Below the pieces are notes generated by a model. That model was not told where the DNA came from. It made no database searches and worked only from the letters and a program-made list of their open reading frames with translations. Both the position numbers and the translations under genes were made by a program. A stretch of DNA of 64,000 bases from Bacteroidales bacterium (GTDB lineage: Bacteria > Bacteroidota > Bacteroidia > Bacteroidales > UBA12077), in the NCBI GenBank assembly GCA_041686375.1, contig JAWLEB010000010.1, positions 15,301-79,300 of the forward strand, read 5' to 3'. Of the stretch, positions 61,025 through 64,000 are shown one piece after another. How positions within the stretch are numbered: the stretch's first letter is position 1; the number at the start of each line of letters is the position of its first letter.

Positions 61025-61678
61025 ATGAATCATCTCGTTGCTCCCTCAATGCTAGCGGCAGATTTTGCCAACTTACAGAAAGATGTTGAAATGGTCAATA
61101 AAAGTGAGGCAGACTGGTTCCATCTGGATGTGATGGACGGAATGTTTGTGCCCAATATATCCTTTGGAATTCCGGTCATCGAAGCGATTAATAAACATGC
61201 AAGAAAACCACTGGATGTCCATCTGATGATTGAAGACCCCGACAGATACATAGCCCTTTTCAAAAATGCCGGAGCTGATATACTCACCGTGCACATGGAA
61301 GCGAGCAAACATCTGCACCGTACCATTCAGCTGATTCATTCCCATGGTATACAAGCCGGAGTTTCCTTAAACCCTCACACTCCTGTTAATACCCTTGAAG
61401 ATATTATTACGGACGTTGATATGGTACTTATCATGTCAGTGAATCCTGGGTTTGGCGGGCAAAAGTTCATCTCACAATCTATCGATAAAATCAAAAAGCT
61501 TAAAAAACTCATTCAAGAGACAGGTTCAGCAGTCAAAATAGAAGTTGATGGTGGTGTCACATCCGCCAACGCAAAAGCACTCACAGAAGCAGGAGCTGAC
61601 GTCCTTGTTGCAGGTAGTTTTGTATTTAAAGCCGAGGACCCTTTGCAAACAATAAAAGGATTGAAAGATTTAGCGTAA
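61025..61678 (+). CDS. rpe: ribulose-phosphate 3-epimerase
   Basis: 217 aa. PSMLAADFANL, FHLDVMDGMFVPNISFG, DVHLM, SVNPGFGGQKF. Confidence 0.95.
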   Translation: MNHLVAPSMLAADFANLQKDVEMVNKSEADWFHLDVMDGMFVPNISFGIPVIEAINKHARKPLDVHLMIEDPDRYIALFKNAGADILTVHMEASKHLHRTIQLIHSHGIQAGVSLNPHTPVNTLEDIITDVDMVLIMSVNPGFGGQKFISQSIDKIKKLKKLIQETGSAVKIEVDGGVTSANAKALTEAGADVLVAGSFVFKAEDPLQTIKGLKDLA

Positions 61679-61730
61679 GAAATGAAATAAAGGGGACATT
61701 TTGTATGACTCCGCATTTATCATGCTAACA

Positions 61731-61762
61731 AAACCAGACAACATAACGTTGCTGCCTGGTTT
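61731..61762. terminator. hairpin between convergent rpe and the dehydrogenase gene
   Basis: AAACCAG (61731-61737) pairs with CTGGTTT (61756-61762), with an inner CAAC/GTTG extension. Flanked by A/T-rich sequence. Confidence 0.35.
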
Positions 61763-61771
61763 ATTGTTAAG

Positions 61772-62989
61772 TTATTTACCTTCTGCATAATCTTTTAAAT
61801 ACTCAAACCTTTTGGTTAATTTACCATTCCTGGTGATGGTTCCTCTTTCAATAATTCCTTTATCATCATTACCAAGCAAATAAGGAAAAACCTCATCAAT
61901 GAGCTTTTCTCCAAATTCATGAGAAGCATCGCGCGGTAACTCTCCGGGTAGATTGTCAACTGCCATTACCGTTATATTTTTTCCATCGCTGAAAGGTGGT
62001 TCCTCTTTTTCAGTAAAAGGATTATAATCATAGAATGGGTCTGCAATGGTTGAAGCCCTTAATGTTGAAGCAATAGGACCACCTACATCACAACTGACAT
62101 CAGCAATAACAGAAATACGGAAATCCGGCTCTTTCATATCTTCCTTAGTAATAAAATAGGGCGATTTTGGATCCCAATAATGGCATGCAATATATAAGTC
62201 AGTCACTTTTTGATAGGGCTTAAACGTAGATTCATATTCTTCCGGATGCTCAAAAAAATGTTGCAAGTCGAATTTTAATCCGCGTTTATGTTTTACGTAA
62301 TGTTCAGGGTCTAACCTGCATACCACCGTTTCCTCATAATTATTCTCCAGGAATTGTTCCGGCGTTACTTCTTTGATATCAAGAGCGCGTAGAGTTTCCA
62401 GGGCGCCCATCGCTACTCTTCCTCCCCCGGTAAGGAGTATCCTTTTTGGTTTTAACTTAACCATTTTCAGTCCGGCAAACATCTCTTCCATATCGTGACA
62501 CTGATGCGCAGGTTTCAGCTCAAAAGAATTTTTCCTGATACCCCGTGCTCTTAAACCATTATATGCTCCCACCATTCCAGCCCAACGACCGAAAGCAATA
62601 ATTCTCCTTTCTTTATAATCAGTTAAATATTCATAATCAATGAGGGTTATTCTCTTTTCTACAATCTCTTGCATCAACTTTTGATTATGAGGCTGCATTT
62701 TGCCGACGTGTGCAAAGAACAGATACGTCCTATCCGAAATTAAGGTAGTATAGTCTACCTCTTTTATTCCAAGCAATATAGCACAATTACTAAGGTCTTC
62801 CTGCATATTCAAATTCAGGTAACGATACTCCTCGTCTGTAAATCCTCTTATATCACTAGGTTGAATATAAAGCTCAGCATCGGAAAAACGTTCTGTAAAA
62901 GTAATGCATTGAGCAGGTGTTAATGGAACCCGCCTGTCGGGAGGATTTTTTGTCTCCCGCAAAAGTCCAACTTTAATTTTATCTCTCAT
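61772..62989 (-). CDS. AlaDH/PNT-fold NAD(P)-dependent dehydrogenase, saccharopine dehydrogenase (lysine-ketoglutarate reductase)-like
   Basis: 405 aa. IKVGLLRETKNPPDRRVPLTP N-terminus, Rossmann LLTGGGRVAMGA, and the FFAHV..., DVSCDVGGPI pattern resembling LOR/SDH-type enzymes. Confidence 0.6.
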   Translation of the reverse strand: MRDKIKVGLLRETKNPPDRRVPLTPAQCITFTERFSDAELYIQPSDIRGFTDEEYRYLNLNMQEDLSNCAILLGIKEVDYTTLISDRTYLFFAHVGKMQPHNQKLMQEIVEKRITLIDYEYLTDYKERRIIAFGRWAGMVGAYNGLRARGIRKNSFELKPAHQCHDMEEMFAGLKMVKLKPKRILLTGGGRVAMGALETLRALDIKEVTPEQFLENNYEETVVCRLDPEHYVKHKRGLKFDLQHFFEHPEEYESTFKPYQKVTDLYIACHYWDPKSPYFITKEDMKEPDFRISVIADVSCDVGGPIASTLRASTIADPFYDYNPFTEKEEPPFSDGKNITVMAVDNLPGELPRDASHEFGEKLIDEVFPYLLGNDDKGIIERGTITRNGKLTKRFEYLKDYAEGK

Positions 62990-63180
62990 AAGAAAAGTTT
63001 TAGGGTTTGGTAGGCATAAATTTAACTTTTTTGGGTGAAAAAAGGAATAAGAATAATAGAATTTACCCTTTTGCGTTACATACGTAGACTTAATGCGAAA
63101 TAAGAATACGAATAAAGACGCTCATTTTTCGTTATCTTTGATTACTTTTGACGAAGAAATTGTTCTTTACATAAAAATAT

Positions 63181-63587
63181 GGGGCTGATCTGGATTCGAC
63201 GGCAGGATGAATCGGGATGTAAGCATGTCGAGCGTTGTGAATGTAGCTCGTAAATCTCAATTCACACGTCATTATTTAAATGGCAACGAAGACTACGCAC
63301 TCGCTGCGTAATCACGCTAGGCGGATTACGCTAATCCTGTGACTAGGGTCATGGGACGAGTCGCCTCTCCGGCGGCGCTGACCAGCCGCGGCCGGGCTAA
63401 GAGGTGAAACCGTAAAGTTGGTATAGCCTGAGTGTAGCCTCGGCACTCAGGTGAAGCTTTAAGAGGCTGGGAAGCAATTAAGGTACGTTCCCGACTATAT
63501 TGCTTCCGAGATAGAAACAGGGAACTAAGCATGTAGAAAGCATGTCGGTTTCCTGTCCGGACGCGGGTTCGACTCCCGCCAGCTCCA
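63181..63587 (+). ncRNA. ssrA: tmRNA (ssrA); tag reading frame 63282-63311 encodes (A)GNEDYALAA-stop
   Basis: 5' GGGGCTGATCTGGATTCGACGG. Tag GGC AAC GAA GAC TAC GCA CTC GCT GCG TAA. 3' tRNA-like end GGACGCGGGTTCGACTCCCGCCAGCTCCA pairs with the 5' GGGGCTG. Markedly more GC-rich than its surroundings. Confidence 0.95.
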
Positions 63588-63751
63588 CCTTCGCCCTACG
63601 TAGCTTTAGCGTAGGTAAAATTCGCTATTCACGGAAAGCTCTTTGATCAATTGTTCTTTATAAATCGGTGAGTGCCTACTACGTAGCTTCAGTGTAGTAG
63701 AAGCTACGGTGGACGCTATCCACTTAATAAAGATCTTATTTTGATTATTTT

Positions 63752-63785
63752 TCTCCTGTTGGGTATAACTCAGCAGGAGATTTTA
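63752..63785 (+). terminator. strong intrinsic terminator about 165 nt downstream of the tmRNA 3' end
   Basis: TCTCCTGTTGGG (63752-63763) pairs with CTCAGCAGGAGA (63769-63780), 12 bp including 2 G-U pairs, with loop TATAA, followed by TTTT. Confidence 0.6.
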
Positions 63786-63815
63786 TATACATATATATCA
63801 CTTAATCTTTAAACT

Positions 63816-64000
63816 ATGTGGTACGTATACATCCTCAAATGTTCGGATAACACTTATTATACCGGTTGCACTTCAAATCTGAAAAATCGTTTAACAAGCC
63901 ATTGCAAAGGACAAGTCCATTACACAAAAAATAAACTCCCTTTAGAATTAATTACCTATACTGCTTTCCGTGATAAATACAAAGCCTTTGCTTTTGAAAA
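63816..64000 (+). CDS. GIY-YIG nuclease-family protein (URI/YhbQ-like), partial; continues beyond window end
   Basis: The ATG at 63816 gives MWYVYILKCSDNTYYTGCTSNLKNRLTSHCKGQVHYTKNKLPLELITYTAFRDKYKAFAFEK. The WYVYIL...YYTG...L..RL..H pattern is the GIY-YIG signature. Confidence 0.7.
   Translation, partial: MWYVYILKCSDNTYYTGCTSNLKNRLTSHCKGQVHYTKNKLPLELITYTAFRDKYKAFAFE

Noticed and set aside
63326-63532. 68-aa minus-strand ORF in a GC-rich patch.
   Set aside because: It lies entirely inside the tmRNA gene. The GC richness is explained by RNA structure, not coding.
1-64000. Search for CRISPR arrays, IS elements or transposases, prophage genes, toxin-antitoxin pairs, retrons or DGRs, and defence islands.
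   Set aside because: No regularly spaced direct repeats, no transposase-, integrase- or reverse-transcriptase-like ORFs other than the Xer gene, and no unassigned intergenic gap larger than about 480 bp. Every ORF above ~100 aa has a plausible housekeeping or envelope assignment.

Overview
AT-rich chromosomal segment (by eye about one-third G+C, not computed). It has the hallmarks of an anaerobic Bacteroidota genome: 1272-aa RpoB and 1428-aa RpoC, a 287-aa primary sigma factor without region 1.1, Rho with a long N-terminal insertion, TAnnTTTG-type -7 boxes, almost no Shine-Dalgarno sequences, PorT/DUF3078/DUF3467-type genes, and PFOR plus ETF metabolism.

The content is overwhelmingly core housekeeping. 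The centre is the classical cluster tRNA-Thr/Tyr/Gly/Thr - tuf - tRNA-Trp - secE - nusG - rplKAJL - rpoBC on the minus strand. It is preceded by rpsU - xer - hpf and followed by a DUF3467 gene.

Other content:
- A TPR protein plus a porin-like outer-membrane gene, partial at the window start.
- ftsE.
- An etfBA / membrane Fe-S oxidoreductase / acyl-CoA dehydrogenase module.
- cstA, an NSS transporter and a class I aldolase.
- A BamA/TamA-like outer-membrane protein, trmH, a PorT-like barrel, purL, a CNNM/CBS protein, nadD, gmk, yicC, a MATE pump and tryptophanase.
- A DUF3078 outer-membrane protein, a divergent carboxyltransferase, a DHOD-like flavoprotein, a propeller/LytS-type sensor kinase and PFOR.
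- rho, rpoD, truD, rpe, a saccharopine-dehydrogenase-like gene, tmRNA and a partial GIY-YIG gene at the window end.

I saw no CRISPR array, transposase, prophage, toxin-antitoxin pair or recognisable defence cluster. I cannot honestly point to a convincing novel multi-gene system.

The best leads are modest:
- A 5S/OadA-like carboxyltransferase whose biotinyl-type domain lacks the biotin lysine.
- A split EMO/HdrD-like ETF-linked membrane oxidoreductase with a Cys-depleted first CCG domain.
- The exceptional GGAGG Shine-Dalgarno on rpsU.
- A possible uORF leader on tnaA.
- A few structured leaders and flanks.

All family names come from motif recognition and recollection. No database search was possible.
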